Positions 1 to 9,976 of a stretch of 62,058 nucleotides of DNA are shown piece by piece (position 1 is the first letter of the stretch; every line of letters begins with the position of its first letter). Origin of the DNA: Candidatus Aminicenantia bacterium (GTDB lineage Bacteria; Acidobacteriota; Aminicenantia; JdFR-78). The notes beneath the pieces are model-generated. The model worked only from the letters and a program-made list of their open reading frames with translations. It was not told the origin of the DNA and did no database searches. The DNA lies in the NCBI GenBank assembly GCA_046760445.1, contig JBHIEE010000002.1, positions 1 through 62,058 on the forward strand. Reading direction: 5' to 3'. The translations under genes and the position numbers were made by a program.

Positions 1-730
1 CTGTCCATTCACTCTCGCCTGAAAAAACATACTGATACAGCCAAATATTAAATTGTTCCCTTAAAAATTCCTTGGCATTTTTGTTTATAAAATAATCAAC
101 TTCACTTTGTTTTTCAAAAATCCTAAAAGCTCTTTCTAATATTTCCTCTGTTATTTTTACTCCGAGTTTTCTTAGTTCTCTTAAGATTTCATTAACTTTT
201 GTTTTCTTGCCCTTTTCAGTATATAAAACATTAAAAACCAGAGCCCCATCTTCTTTCCTTTCTCTAAATTCATAAATTATTTCTCTCTTTTCAAAAGCTT
301 TTTTATGCTCAAGAGCGGAAACATCAAAGAAGAATTTGAATCCATCTACTTCTACTTCGAGATTTTTGAATAATCTATCAGTTTTGACATAATAGAGCAT
401 GTGTGTTTTCCAAAATAAAATCACATCCTTATCGTCAGTATAGACCTTCTCATAAACATTCTGATGGACTGGAGTGTATCTAAAATAAATTGAACCACTT
501 TCAGAAAAGTAACGTTTGAAAAATGTATATAATTTATCAAATAGTTCCTCTTTAAAATCAGGAAAAGGCTCTAAAGCCTTTTCAATATCTTCTTTTAATT
601 TTGGAAAAACTCCTTTTTCATAATATCTCGATTTAATTTTCATTAAGTTGATATAGCCAGATTCCCCCTCTACTTTAGCTCCCACAAAGAAATCCCTTAA
701 TGCTTTATAGAATTTTTCTTCTTTAGTCAT
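1..730 (-). CDS. Type IIG restriction-modification enzyme / PglX-like N6-adenine DNA methyltransferase family, N-terminal part (gene continues beyond the window start)
   Basis: Absent from the ORF track because there is no stop inside the window. My translation of the minus strand from ATG (cat at 728-730, RBS-like AAGGGTGA upstream) stays open to position 1: MTKEEKFYKALRDFFVGAKVEGESGYINLMK...SEVDYFINKNAKEFLREQFNIWLYQYVF. The DYFI-K---FL block resembles N-terminal regions of Eco57I/MmeI/PglX-type enzymes. Assignment by eye only. Confidence 0.5.
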   Translation of the reverse strand, partial: MTKEEKFYKALRDFFVGAKVEGESGYINLMKIKSRYYEKGVFPKLKEDIEKALEPFPDFKEELFDKLYTFFKRYFSESGSIYFRYTPVHQNVYEKVYTDDKDVILFWKTHMLYYVKTDRLFKNLEVEVDGFKFFFDVSALEHKKAFEKREIIYEFRERKEDGALVFNVLYTEKGKKTKVNEILRELRKLGVKITEEILERAFRIFEKQSEVDYFINKNAKEFLREQFNIWLYQYVFSGESEWT

Positions 731-1053
731 GTTTTTCACCCTTTTATAATTAAGCCCCGCATTTTATAAATTTTAAAATTCTATCTGATTTAATTCCTTT
801 TATCTTCAAAACTAACCTCTAATTTGCTTTTAATATAACTTTAAACCACTCTTTTTTCAAGGAGAAGCTAAATGGGAATGCTTAAAAAAACTATAGAATT
901 CCGTCCAATTGTAGTGACCTCATCATGTTTAGTGCAAGACTATTTCTATAGCGATCAAGAGGATATCGCATTTTCTGGATTTGCAAGGAGCCGGAGGCAT
1001 CTGGGTGCGCAAAGCAAACCGCAAACATACTGGTATACGCTTTTTGAATTTGG

Positions 1054-1407
1054 TTAGTATCCACCTTCTAAAAAAGTAGAAAGGTCAATTGTGGAATATC
1101 CAATGCTGAATACAGGCTTTACCGGTGGAACTTGTTGAACTGATTTAACATGCTTCACTTGTTTGACAGATTTTACTGGTTCAACCTGGGTGACAGAAGG
1201 ACAAGTCTGTGGAGTAAATCCAATCCGCATACCTTGTCTATCATACATTATTCCATTCTCAAACCACCCAAAATGGGTCCCATTAAAACCGTAAACATGC
1301 TCTCCATCTAGGTACGCAACCGGTTTTCCATTCCAAAGATAGATAGTACCATCATCGGTAATATATGCATGAGGTTTTCCAGCTTTATCATAGATCGTTA
1401 ATTCCAT
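1054..1407 (-). CDS. 4-fold beta flower domain protein (function unknown)
   Basis: ORF 1054..1422. Repeated Y--NG-PVAY / Y-FNG-H-GWFENG strands are followed by a VKSVKQVKHVKSVQQVPPVKPV repeat tail, as in proteins annotated 4-fold beta flower. Start moved to the second ATG (1407), which has a GGGGG RBS 5-10 nt upstream. Confidence 0.6.
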   Translation of the reverse strand: MELTIYDKAGKPHAYITDDGTIYLWNGKPVAYLDGEHVYGFNGTHFGWFENGIMYDRQGMRIGFTPQTCPSVTQVEPVKSVKQVKHVKSVQQVPPVKPVFSIGYSTIDLSTFLEGGY

Positions 1408-1618
1408 TTTCCCCCTTTTCATAAGGCATATAACTCGTTCATATCCGAACCGAAGTTCGTATATTTTCCTATCTCAGGAATATGTACGAATAAAGGTCTT
1501 TCTTTCCTTAAAACTAACGCCTTATTTACCTTTAATATACCCTCCAAAATCACTTTTTTCAAACGAGATAGTTAACTCTTATTTACACTTTTAATTGAGG
1601 TTTCTTATTTCTTAATTA

Positions 1619-1891
1619 CTATTTAACAGCTTCTTTCAGTTTTTTCCCAGGTGAAAATTTCACCACTCTTTTGCTTGGAATATGAATTGTTTCGCCTGTG
1701 CGTGGATTTCTTCCTTTTCGTTCTTTTCTTCTCATTACTGAGAAGCTGCCAAATCCAACAAAAGTTACCTTTTGTCCTTTGCTTAAAGCATCTTCAATTG
1801 CTGAAAACAATGAATTTAGAGCCTTAGCTGCCTGTCTGGCTGTAATCCCTGAATCCTTTGCCATTTTCGTAATAACTTTTTCTTTATTCAT
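1619..1891 (-). CDS. hup: HU family DNA-binding protein
   Basis: 90 aa. FGSFSVMRRKERKGRNPRTGETIHIPSKRVVKFSPGKKLK is the classic HU/IHF arm. Strong RBS GGAGG upstream. Confidence 0.9.
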   Translation of the reverse strand: MNKEKVITKMAKDSGITARQAAKALNSLFSAIEDALSKGQKVTFVGFGSFSVMRRKERKGRNPRTGETIHIPSKRVVKFSPGKKLKEAVK

Positions 1892-1910
1892 TAAAACCTC
1901 CTACCTTAAA

Positions 1911-2007
1911 AAAATTCCAAATTCCAAAAACCAAATCTCAAATAAATTACAATTCTCAATTTCCAAATAGGTACATGGTTCTGAACATTTGTCCCGAGTA
2001 CTCGGGA
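1911..2007. repeat. Low-complexity word repeat (ttccaaa words) followed by the perfect 16-nt palindrome tcccgagtactcggga (1992-2007)
   Basis: Read directly: aaattccaaattccaaaaaccaaatctcaaataaattacaattctcaatttccaaat, then gtcccgagtactcgggatgg. Belongs to the intergenic element family described in findings. Confidence 0.6.
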
Positions 2008-2154
2008 TGGAATTTATCAACATCTCTATATATATAGTCCTTTCTTGGGTAAATTTTATTGGGTTTTCTTCAAAAAAATTCATTTTTCCTCCATTAATTT
2101 AGTCTTTTGAAAAGGCGAAATTCTGAAAAATTTTTTTAATTTTTCAAATTTTTC

Positions 2155-2182
2155 TTGACAAAATCGAAAAATCACTTATAAT
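2155..2182 (+). promoter_or_regulatory. sigma70-type promoter of the TetR/efflux operon
   Basis: TTGACA (2155-2160), 16-nt spacer, TATAAT (2177-2182), about 58 nt upstream of the tetR-like start. Confidence 0.5.
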
Positions 2183-2184
2183 TA

Positions 2185-2220
2185 AACTTTCAGTTTAAAA
2201 ATTGAACTATGAGTTCAATT
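2185..2220. promoter_or_regulatory. Probable TetR operator(s): palindromes aaact-ttc-agttt and aattgaact-atg-agttcaatt
   Basis: Perfect 9-bp inverted arms at 2200-2208 and 2212-2220, plus a smaller palindrome at 2185-2197. Both lie between the -10 box and the TetR start codon. Confidence 0.5.
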
Positions 2221-2239
2221 ATAGAAGGGAAGCCTGATA

Positions 2240-2872
2240 ATGAAAAAGGGTACAAGAAAAGAAAGGGAAACAGAAGAAAGAAAAAAATACATTATTGAGG
2301 CTGCCCGAGAAATGTTTGCCCGAAAAGGTTTCGCCTCCACTACTATGGATGAAATAGCTGAAAAAACAGAATTCTCTAAAGTAACCATTTATCATTATTT
2401 TAAAAGTAAAAAAGAGCTATTAAGTCAAATAATTTTTAATGCTTACAATGATCTGTTAATAATTACTCAAAAAATTCTCCACGAAAAAAGGGAGATACCT
2501 GAGAAAATAAAAGATTTGATTCATCTTCACCTTCAATTTGTCCAAAATAACAAAAATATCTTTAAAATTTTTATGGCTGAAAGAGGTCATGTCCATATAG
2601 ATATGAAAAAGAATTTCAAGCGTTCTATCCTTAACAGCCGTGCTAAAATGTTTAATCTATTAACTCAAATTTTTGACCAAGGAATAAAAGTCAAGCAATT
2701 CAAGAATTTCAATCCCGAAGATATGGCTCTAACTTTGTTAGGCCTACTCCATTCTTTTTCTTTTGAATGGATATTAGGGGAGAAGAAGGAACCATTAGAT
2801 GAAAAAGCAGAGATCATATATCAGATATTTCTAACAGGAATCCAAAAAGAGGAAACAGAAATTGGAAATTAG
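2240..2872 (+). CDS. TetR/AcrR family transcriptional regulator
   Basis: N-terminal HTH signature FARKGFASTTMDEIAEKTEFSKVTIYHYFKSKKEL. Sits upstream of efflux genes. Confidence 0.9.
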   Translation: MKKGTRKERETEERKKYIIEAAREMFARKGFASTTMDEIAEKTEFSKVTIYHYFKSKKELLSQIIFNAYNDLLIITQKILHEKREIPEKIKDLIHLHLQFVQNNKNIFKIFMAERGHVHIDMKKNFKRSILNSRAKMFNLLTQIFDQGIKVKQFKNFNPEDMALTLLGLLHSFSFEWILGEKKEPLDEKAEIIYQIFLTGIQKEETEIGN

Positions 2873-2973
2873 AAAATGGAAATTGGGGAGTGGAAATGGT
2901 TTTTTCTTCTTGCTTATTTTCAGGATTTTCCAATTTCAAATTTCCAGTTTCATTATTCTCCCAGGAGGAAAAT

Positions 2974-4317
2974 ATGAGCTTTATTAGAAAAATAGTCCTT
3001 TTATTAGCAATTTTTTCTTTGTTATCAAGCACTTCAGTGGCTCAGGAAAAGTTAAACTTAACCTTAGAGCAAAGTATTGACTTAGCTTTAAAACAGAATC
3101 CTTATTACTTAGCTTCTCGAGAAAGAGTCGAGGCAGCGAAAGCTGAGTTAACTGAAGCTCGCTCCGGGTTCTTTCCGAAATTGGAATTAAGAGGTGCCCA
3201 TACAGTCAAAGAAAAGCTTTTTGAGCTGGAAATGCCTTCTTTTATTCCAGGGCAGCCGCCCCAAAAAGTAGCAATAGATTTTACCAAAGATTACCAGTTT
3301 TCCTTAAACTTTACTCAACCTCTTTTTACCAGTGGAAAATTACTTTTCGCCTATAAGCAAGCTAAATATAATCTACAGTTGAATCAAGAGGTTAGAAGAC
3401 AGAGAGAACAGGAAACAATTTTTGAAGTAAAAAGAACTTTTTATGCCTCTCTTTTGGCACAAGAATTTATCAAGGTCTCACAAGAAGCAGTCACCTTAGC
3501 AGAAAAGCATCTTAACAATGTTAGGAATTTATATGAAGTCGGGATGGCTTCTAAATTTGATTTATTAAGAGCAGAAGTCCAATTAGCTAATTTAAAACCT
3601 CAGTTAATTAAAGCCAAAAATAATCTTAAATCAGCTGAATTAGGTTTCAAAATACTTTTGGGCCTTGAATTAACTCAAACAATAGAGCTTGAAGGGAAAC
3701 TAATATACAAGCCTTTTGAACCTGATTTGGAAGAGTGCCTTAAAATTGCTCTAAGAAATAGACCTGAATTGGTTCAAATGGAATATCAAGAGAAAATAGG
3801 AGAACAGATGCTAAAATTAGCGAAGGTCTATAATCTTCCCAGTGTGGCTTTAACCGGTAATTATAATGTTTGGGGGGATGAACTTTCCTTTAATAGAGAA
3901 AAATGGCAAGATTATTACACCATCAATCTTGTCCTTACTATCCCGCTTTTCAGCGGTTTTCTTACTTCAGCCAAAATTGGCCAGTCAAAGGCAATGCTGA
4001 ATGAAATTCAGTGGGGAAGAAAAGGATTGATCGAAAGAATCAAATTAGAAGTTCAACAGGCAATTCTAAATATTAAAGAAGCGAAAGAAACCTTAGAATC
4101 TCAAGAAAAAAATGTGGAACAAGCTCAGGAAAGTGTGCGAATTGCTGAATTGAATTATTCTGAAGGGCTGGCCACCAGTTTGGATGTCAGCGCTGCTCAA
4201 GTAGCTCTGACTCAAGCAAAGACAAATTATTCTCAAGCATTATTTGATTATGCCGTTGCTTTAGCTCAATTAGAGAAAGCAATTGGAACACGAATTCAGA
4301 TGGCAGATATCAGATAG
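2974..4317 (+). CDS. TolC family outer membrane efflux protein
   Basis: ORF 2890..4317. Start set to ATG 2974 behind AGGAGG (2963-2968). Signal peptide present. Two coiled/TolC repeats (RVEAAKAELTEARSGFFP..., SVRIAELNYSEGLATSLDVSAAQVALTQAKTNY). Confidence 0.85.
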   Translation: MSFIRKIVLLLAIFSLLSSTSVAQEKLNLTLEQSIDLALKQNPYYLASRERVEAAKAELTEARSGFFPKLELRGAHTVKEKLFELEMPSFIPGQPPQKVAIDFTKDYQFSLNFTQPLFTSGKLLFAYKQAKYNLQLNQEVRRQREQETIFEVKRTFYASLLAQEFIKVSQEAVTLAEKHLNNVRNLYEVGMASKFDLLRAEVQLANLKPQLIKAKNNLKSAELGFKILLGLELTQTIELEGKLIYKPFEPDLEECLKIALRNRPELVQMEYQEKIGEQMLKLAKVYNLPSVALTGNYNVWGDELSFNREKWQDYYTINLVLTIPLFSGFLTSAKIGQSKAMLNEIQWGRKGLIERIKLEVQQAILNIKEAKETLESQEKNVEQAQESVRIAELNYSEGLATSLDVSAAQVALTQAKTNYSQALFDYAVALAQLEKAIGTRIQMADIR

Positions 4318-4471
4318 CAGATGCCAGTAGATACTTGTTTCTTATCAGATGGCAGATGAAATTAGAAATTGGAAAATGTGTAGCTAAAACTTGACGACTG
4401 GTTGCTATTTTGGACATTAGAATTTTGAATTTAGAGTTTGTTTGGGATTTGGAAATTGAAATTTGGGATTT
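4297..4471. repeat. Low-complexity word repeats between the TolC and MFP genes
   Basis: cagatggcagat occurs twice (4297-4308, 4346-4357). gaaattagaaattggaaaatg reuses the same words as 2858-2880 (gaaattggaaattagaaaatgg). Followed by ttagaattttgaatttagag and tttgggatttggaaattgaaatttgggattt. Confidence 0.6.
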
Positions 4472-4477
4472 TTAAAG

Positions 4478-5584
4478 ATGGAGGATAAAGTGAATAAATT
4501 AATCAAAATTATTTTTATCAATTTCTTGGTGATAGTTTTGTTCCTCTTTCCTTCTTGCCGAAGACAAGAAGAAGCCGAAGATATACAGACTAGTATGACT
4601 CCAGTGGGAGTAATTGAAGTTAATTTGACAGAAATATCAAAAAAACTCACTTATACTGGAACCTTAGAAGCCTGGAAAAAAATTGATATCATTCCTGATA
4701 TTGCAGGAAAAATAGCTCATATTTATGTTCAAGAAGGAGAGTCTGTCAAAAAAGGCCAACTGTTAGCTGAATTAGATACAAGATCAATTAGACTTCAATT
4801 AGAACAAGCTGAGGCAGCTTTAGCTGTAACCAAGGCAAATTACCTTGATGCTAAAAGAAATAAAGAAAGAATGGATAAACTATATCAACAAAAAGCAGTT
4901 TCTGAGCAGCAATATGAAAAGATCAAGTTAGCTTATGACGCAGCCAGAGCTCAACTCCTACAGGCTCAAGCTGCGGTAAATTTAGCCAAATATAATCTCG
5001 ATATTTCCATTATGAAGGCTCCTTTTTCAGGAGTAATAGCTTCCAAGAATGCCGAAGTAGGAGATGTGATTAATCCTTTAATGGGTAGCTTCTCTCCAAC
5101 AAGCGGTGTTCTAACTTTGATGGATTTCTCGAAAATAAAAATAAATCTTAATGTTCCCCAGAGTGAGATTAACCAAATTAAAATTGGTCAGGAAGCCATT
5201 TTAAGGATAAATACTCTTCCAGGAAAAAAGTTTGAGGGAAGAGTGAATATCGTTAATTTAGCTGCTGATCCAGTGAGTAAGACTTTCCAAGTCCAGGTAA
5301 CTTTTGACAATCCTCACCTTCTATTGAAACCAGGAACTTTTGGGGAAGTTTCCATTTTAACTGAAATCCGTTCTCAAACAATTGTTCTTCCTGATAAAGC
5401 TATTATTGATGATAAATATGTCTTTGTTGTCGAAAATGGAAAAGCAGTTAAAAAGGAAGTAACAATAGGTATTAGAACAGGTCAGCAGGTAGAAATAAGC
5501 GGAGGAATTGAGCCAGGGGACTTGGTCATTGTTGAAGGAAATTATGGATTAGAAGATAAAACTACGATTAGGATTAAGGACTGA
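4478..5584 (+). CDS. Efflux RND transporter periplasmic adaptor (membrane fusion protein)
   Basis: ORF 4463..5584, whose track start is TTG. First ATG is 4478; GTG 4490 behind GGAGGA is also possible. Lipoyl/hairpin/beta-barrel pattern (GKIAHIYVQEGESVKKGQLLAELD, coiled coil, APFSGVIASKNAEVGD). Confidence 0.85.
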   Translation: MEDKVNKLIKIIFINFLVIVLFLFPSCRRQEEAEDIQTSMTPVGVIEVNLTEISKKLTYTGTLEAWKKIDIIPDIAGKIAHIYVQEGESVKKGQLLAELDTRSIRLQLEQAEAALAVTKANYLDAKRNKERMDKLYQQKAVSEQQYEKIKLAYDAARAQLLQAQAAVNLAKYNLDISIMKAPFSGVIASKNAEVGDVINPLMGSFSPTSGVLTLMDFSKIKINLNVPQSEINQIKIGQEAILRINTLPGKKFEGRVNIVNLAADPVSKTFQVQVTFDNPHLLLKPGTFGEVSILTEIRSQTIVLPDKAIIDDKYVFVVENGKAVKKEVTIGIRTGQQVEISGGIEPGDLVIVEGNYGLEDKTTIRIKD

Positions 5585-5673
5585 GAATTGAGAACTAAGA
5601 AAATTCTGAACTACTGTCTTAAACGCTGAGAACCGATCTCAATTCTAATTTTTTGACTGAATGGAGGAAAAAA

Positions 5674-8600
5674 ATGCGTTTACCAGAATTTTCAGTCAAC
5701 AGGAAAGTAACCACTATTATGATTGCCTGTATTCTGGTCGTCATTGGATTTATCAGCCTTTCTCGATTAGGACTTGATTTTTTTCCAGATATTGAATTTC
5801 CCACAGTGTCAGTTGTTACTATTTACAGTGGGGTTTCTTCTGAAGATATTGAAGCCACTATCACCAAACCCATTGAGTCAATTGTTAGTTCAGTTAATCG
5901 GGTAAAAAAAGTGAATTCTATTTCCCAAGAAGGAGTATCAGTGGTAATGATCGAATTTGAATGGGGAACAAACCTGGATTTTGCTGCGCAGGATGTGCGA
6001 GATCAAATTGGTCTTTACCAAAATTATCTTCCAGATGATGCCAGTGACCCATTAGTGGTGAAATTTAGTTTCTCTCAGTTTCCAATAATTTTCTATGGTA
6101 TTACTTCCAACCGAAGTGTGATTGAACTGAGAGATATAATTGAGGATAATGTAGCGGACAGACTGGAAAGGTTAGATGGAGTGGCCTCAGCGCAGGTGTT
6201 TTCCCCTGAAATAAGAGAAATATTAGTCGATGTGGATAAATCAAGTCTTGAATCAAGAAATCTTACCCTTGACCAAATTATTCAGGCTCTTCAGATTGAA
6301 AACATAAATCTTCCCGCTGGGCATCTCATTCGTTCTCATTCCGACTATTTAGTGCGGACAGTTGGCGAGTTTCAAAGTATTGAAGATATTAAAAATTTGA
6401 TTGTTGGCACTACACAAGAAGGGAAGCCTATTTATTTAAAAGAGGCAGCTGAAGTAAAAGATACTATCAAGGAAACAAGATTCACTAATCGAATCCAGCA
6501 GAAAAAAGGCGTATTTTTAATGGTCAATAAGCGCTCTGGAACAAATACAGTAACCACTGTGAAAGCAGTAAAAAAAGAGATTGAAAAAATAAAAAAATTG
6601 ATTCCCCCGGATATTAAATTCTATCCTGCCATGGATCAGGCAGAGATGATTCAACAAGTGACCAACAGGACAGCTAATAATGCTCTCGTTGGTGGTTTAT
6701 TAGCCATCTTTTTTATCTTTTTATTTTTAAGAAATTGGCGACCAACTATCACTATTGCTTTAGCTATCCCACTCTCAATAATAACTACCTTTATAACTTT
6801 TTATGCTGCTGGATACACGCTCAATCTCTTAACCTTAGGTGGACTGGCTCTGGGAATAGGAATGTTAGTTGATAATGCTGTTGTTGTTATAGAAAATATT
6901 TTCCGTCACCTAGAGGAAGGAAAAGATAGAGACTCAGCAGCAAAAATTGGCGCTTCAGAAGTGGGAATGGCTATTACTGCCTCTACGCTAACCACAATTG
7001 CTGTTTTCTTCCCAATGGTTTTTGCTTCTGGAATAACAGGAAAATTAGTGCGCGGATTAGCTCTTTCTGTATCTTTCGCCCTTCTTGCCTCACTTTTTGT
7101 CGCCTTAACTATTGTGCCTTTATTTGCCTCACTTTTATTTAAAGTAAAAACTTCAAAAGAAGAATATGAAAAGAGTTTTGGAGAGAAACAATTTTTCAGA
7201 TTAAAAAATTGGTATCAAAAACTCTTAACAAAAGCTCTCCAGCTTCGGGGAAGAGTATTACTCATTGCCTTTTCTCTTTTTATTATCTCTCTGCTTTTAG
7301 TTCCTTTAATTGGAACAGAGTTTATGCCTACTATGGACCGGGGAATGATTATTTTAGATTTAAAAATGCCAGTGGGAACTCCATTGGAGGAAACATCCCG
7401 GATAGCTTCCCTCATTGAGGAAGTGTTTTTAAAAGAAAAAAGCGTTGATGTGCTCAGTTCTTCTATTGGAACTCCAGCTGAAGAAAATCCAATGGATTTA
7501 GCTGGGGGGTTTTCAGCTGCTGGTCCTCACGAGGGCTTTATCTGGGCTGGGTTAAAGAGAAAATCTTCGAGGAAACTTTCAGCCAATCAAATCTTAGAGA
7601 AAATTCGTAAACAGTTACCCCGAATTAAAGGCGCAAAATTTGAAGCAATTGATATGGGTCAGATGATGTTTGGCGGCAGCCGTACACCAATTGATTTGAA
7701 AATTTATGGGAAAGATTTAGAATTAATGAAGAGGATTGCTGAAAATATAATTAACCGAATAAAAGATATCGAAGGTTTGAGGGATTTAACTCACTCCTTA
7801 GCTGAAGGAACGCCGGAATATCAGATTAAAATTAACCGAGAACATGCTTCTCGCTTAGGTTTACTGGTCGGACAAATAGCCAATACTATTAAAGTAGCGA
7901 CCCTGGGTAAAGTAGCTACCCGTTATCGGGTAGGGGGAGAAGAAATTGATGTCAGAGTGAGACTTCAAGAAAAAGACAGAAAAAGTGTAGAGGATCTGGA
8001 AAAGATAAAAATCAATACTCCTCTCGGTAAACCAATCTATCTCAGCCAATTGGCAACCATCACTCCAAGCCAAGGCCCAGTTCAAATTACCCGTGAAAAC
8101 CAGGCCCGGAAAATTTCAATTACCGCTAACATTGCTCAGCGAGATTTAGGAAGTATTGTTCAGGAGATAAAGAAAAGAATAGATGGATTAAAGAGTAAAC
8201 TCCCTTCTGGTTATTTCCTTGAGTTTGGTGGACAGTATGAGGAAATGCAAAATGCATTCATTATAATGGCTCAAGCATTTGCTCTGGCAGTATTATTAGT
8301 TTATATGGTTATGGCCTCCCAATTTGAATCTTTCAGTCATCCCTTTGTCATTATGTTCACTATTCCTTTAAGTTTTATCGGGGTAGTTTTAGCTCTTCTT
8401 ATTACTGGTAAAACACTCAATCTTCCTGTCCTAATTGGTTTTGTTATACTAGCTGGTATTGCAGTTAATAATGGTATTGTTTTAATAGATTACATTAATC
8501 AACTTCGCCGCCGAGGAATAGAAGACCAGCAGGCAGTTATTCAGGCTTCAAGTGTAAGATTAAGACCAGTGTTAATTACTGCTTTTACCACTATGTTGGG

Positions 8601-8769
8601 AATGTTACCAATGGCTCTCAGCACTTCAGAAGGAGCCGAAATGCGAGCTCCCATGGCAGTTACCGTTATCGGTGGATTGTTTGCCACTACTTTTCTTACC
8701 TTGTTTGTTATTCCAGTCATTTATAGTTTAATAAATAAAATTTCTTTTAAAGTTGAAAAGAAAAAATAA
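5674..8769 (+). CDS. Efflux RND transporter permease (AcrB/HAE1-like)
   Basis: ORF 5653..8769. ATG 5674 follows GGAGGA. About 1030 aa, 12-TM architecture with two large periplasmic loops. Typical N-terminus FSVNRKVTTIMI and GLALGIGMLVDNAVVVIENI. Confidence 0.9.
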   Translation: MRLPEFSVNRKVTTIMIACILVVIGFISLSRLGLDFFPDIEFPTVSVVTIYSGVSSEDIEATITKPIESIVSSVNRVKKVNSISQEGVSVVMIEFEWGTNLDFAAQDVRDQIGLYQNYLPDDASDPLVVKFSFSQFPIIFYGITSNRSVIELRDIIEDNVADRLERLDGVASAQVFSPEIREILVDVDKSSLESRNLTLDQIIQALQIENINLPAGHLIRSHSDYLVRTVGEFQSIEDIKNLIVGTTQEGKPIYLKEAAEVKDTIKETRFTNRIQQKKGVFLMVNKRSGTNTVTTVKAVKKEIEKIKKLIPPDIKFYPAMDQAEMIQQVTNRTANNALVGGLLAIFFIFLFLRNWRPTITIALAIPLSIITTFITFYAAGYTLNLLTLGGLALGIGMLVDNAVVVIENIFRHLEEGKDRDSAAKIGASEVGMAITASTLTTIAVFFPMVFASGITGKLVRGLALSVSFALLASLFVALTIVPLFASLLFKVKTSKEEYEKSFGEKQFFRLKNWYQKLLTKALQLRGRVLLIAFSLFIISLLLVPLIGTEFMPTMDRGMIILDLKMPVGTPLEETSRIASLIEEVFLKEKSVDVLSSSIGTPAEENPMDLAGGFSAAGPHEGFIWAGLKRKSSRKLSANQILEKIRKQLPRIKGAKFEAIDMGQMMFGGSRTPIDLKIYGKDLELMKRIAENIINRIKDIEGLRDLTHSLAEGTPEYQIKINREHASRLGLLVGQIANTIKVATLGKVATRYRVGGEEIDVRVRLQEKDRKSVEDLEKIKINTPLGKPIYLSQLATITPSQGPVQITRENQARKISITANIAQRDLGSIVQEIKKRIDGLKSKLPSGYFLEFGGQYEEMQNAFIIMAQAFALAVLLVYMVMASQFESFSHPFVIMFTIPLSFIGVVLALLITGKTLNLPVLIGFVILAGIAVNNGIVLIDYINQLRRRGIEDQQAVIQASSVRLRPVLITAFTTMLGMLPMALSTSEGAEMRAPMAVTVIGGLFATTFLTLFVIPVIYSLINKISFKVEKKK

Positions 8770-8823
8770 ATCTTCAAAACTTGTCTCTTCTTTTCTGCTT
8801 TCGTATAATATATTTATGAAAAA

Positions 8824-8909
8824 GCCGAAGTGGCGGAATTGGTAGACGCGCTAGATTCAGGATCTAGTTCCCGATTTCGGGAGTAGGGGTTCGACTCCCC
8901 TCTTCGGCA
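8824..8909 (+). tRNA. tRNA-Leu (anticodon CAG), long variable arm
   Basis: Folded by eye: acceptor GCCGAAG/CTTCGGC, anticodon arm CTAGA-TTCAGGA-TCTAG, long variable arm, T arm AGGGG-TTCGACT-CCCCT, discriminator A. CCA not encoded. Confidence 0.9.
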
Positions 8910-9136
8910 TTATATCTTTTTTATTTTCTTAGAGTTAAAGAAAACCACTTAACCGGAATAAACTCTTTTTAAGTATCGTGAACAAAATCCTGACTTTTAT
9001 CTTCCCTTTTCTCTCGACAATTACCTTCTAATGTGCAGCCTTATTTTTTTAGTCTTAAACGAACTTAAATCATGAAATAGTTGCTTTTATAATATATTCT
9101 ATGTTATACGTAATTTTATAAATAAAGAGAGTTAGT

Positions 9137-9976
9137 ATGGATAACGAATTTAGCTATACATCTCTCGGCAATTCCGGGCTAAAGGTTTTTCGTCTCGGTT
9201 TGTCAGCAACCTATCGCCCCGGCAAGAAGACCATCTATAAGGCTATCGATGAGGGAATTAATTTTTTCTTTTATTTTCATATAGATACCCAGATGGTCAA
9301 GGTGCTCCGGGATGTGCTTCAAAAAAAGAGAGATAATTATATTGTTTCGACCGGGGCTTACAACCTTGTGTTCGGTCATCTGAACCTGCGTAAAAGCCTT
9401 GAGAAAAGGCTACGACAACTGAAAGTTGATTATATAGATATTTTCTATTTCCTTGGGGTGCTCAAAGAGAAGGAGCTAACAGATCATATTCTGATGGAAT
9501 TACAGCGATTCAAGGAGGAAGGTAAAATCCGTTTTTACGGCATTTCGACTCACAACCGAAAATTGGCGGGCAAGCTGGCATCCGATGGAGCGCTGGATGT
9601 CATCATGATGCGCTATAATGCGGCCCATCGCGGTGCCGAAAAGGAGATCTTTCCTTATCTTGAAGCTCACAAGCCTTTCATTGTCGGCTACACAGCCACT
9701 CGTTGGCGTTTCATGATGCGCCGCCCTAAAGGCTGGCCTAAGGATGAGCGTGTGCCCACCGCTGGTATGGCTTATCGGTTCGTCCTTTCTAATCCACATG
9801 TCAATGTTTGCCTGACCGCTCCGATGAATATGAAACAGCTTGAGGAGAATTTCGCTGCAGTCCGTAAAGGTTCCTTAAACGAGGAAGAAATGGAATTTAT
9901 GCGTAAATTCGGAGATAAGGTGCATGAGACCGCAGGTAAAGGTTTGGCAGGATTGATTCCTTTTTCAAAAAGCTAA
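9137..9976 (+). CDS. Aldo/keto reductase family oxidoreductase
   Basis: 279 aa. LRQLKVDYIDIFYF, GKIRFYGISTHN and VIMMRYNAAH are AKR-like blocks. Visibly GC-richer than flanking DNA. Confidence 0.75.
   Translation: MDNEFSYTSLGNSGLKVFRLGLSATYRPGKKTIYKAIDEGINFFFYFHIDTQMVKVLRDVLQKKRDNYIVSTGAYNLVFGHLNLRKSLEKRLRQLKVDYIDIFYFLGVLKEKELTDHILMELQRFKEEGKIRFYGISTHNRKLAGKLASDGALDVIMMRYNAAHRGAEKEIFPYLEAHKPFIVGYTATRWRFMMRRPKGWPKDERVPTAGMAYRFVLSNPHVNVCLTAPMNMKQLEENFAAVRKGSLNEEEMEFMRKFGDKVHETAGKGLAGLIPFSKS

Noticed and set aside
872-1057. ORF 872..1057 (61 aa)
   Set aside because: No recognisable family, odd composition, and the ORF overlaps the stop region of the convergent gene at 1054. Left unannotated.
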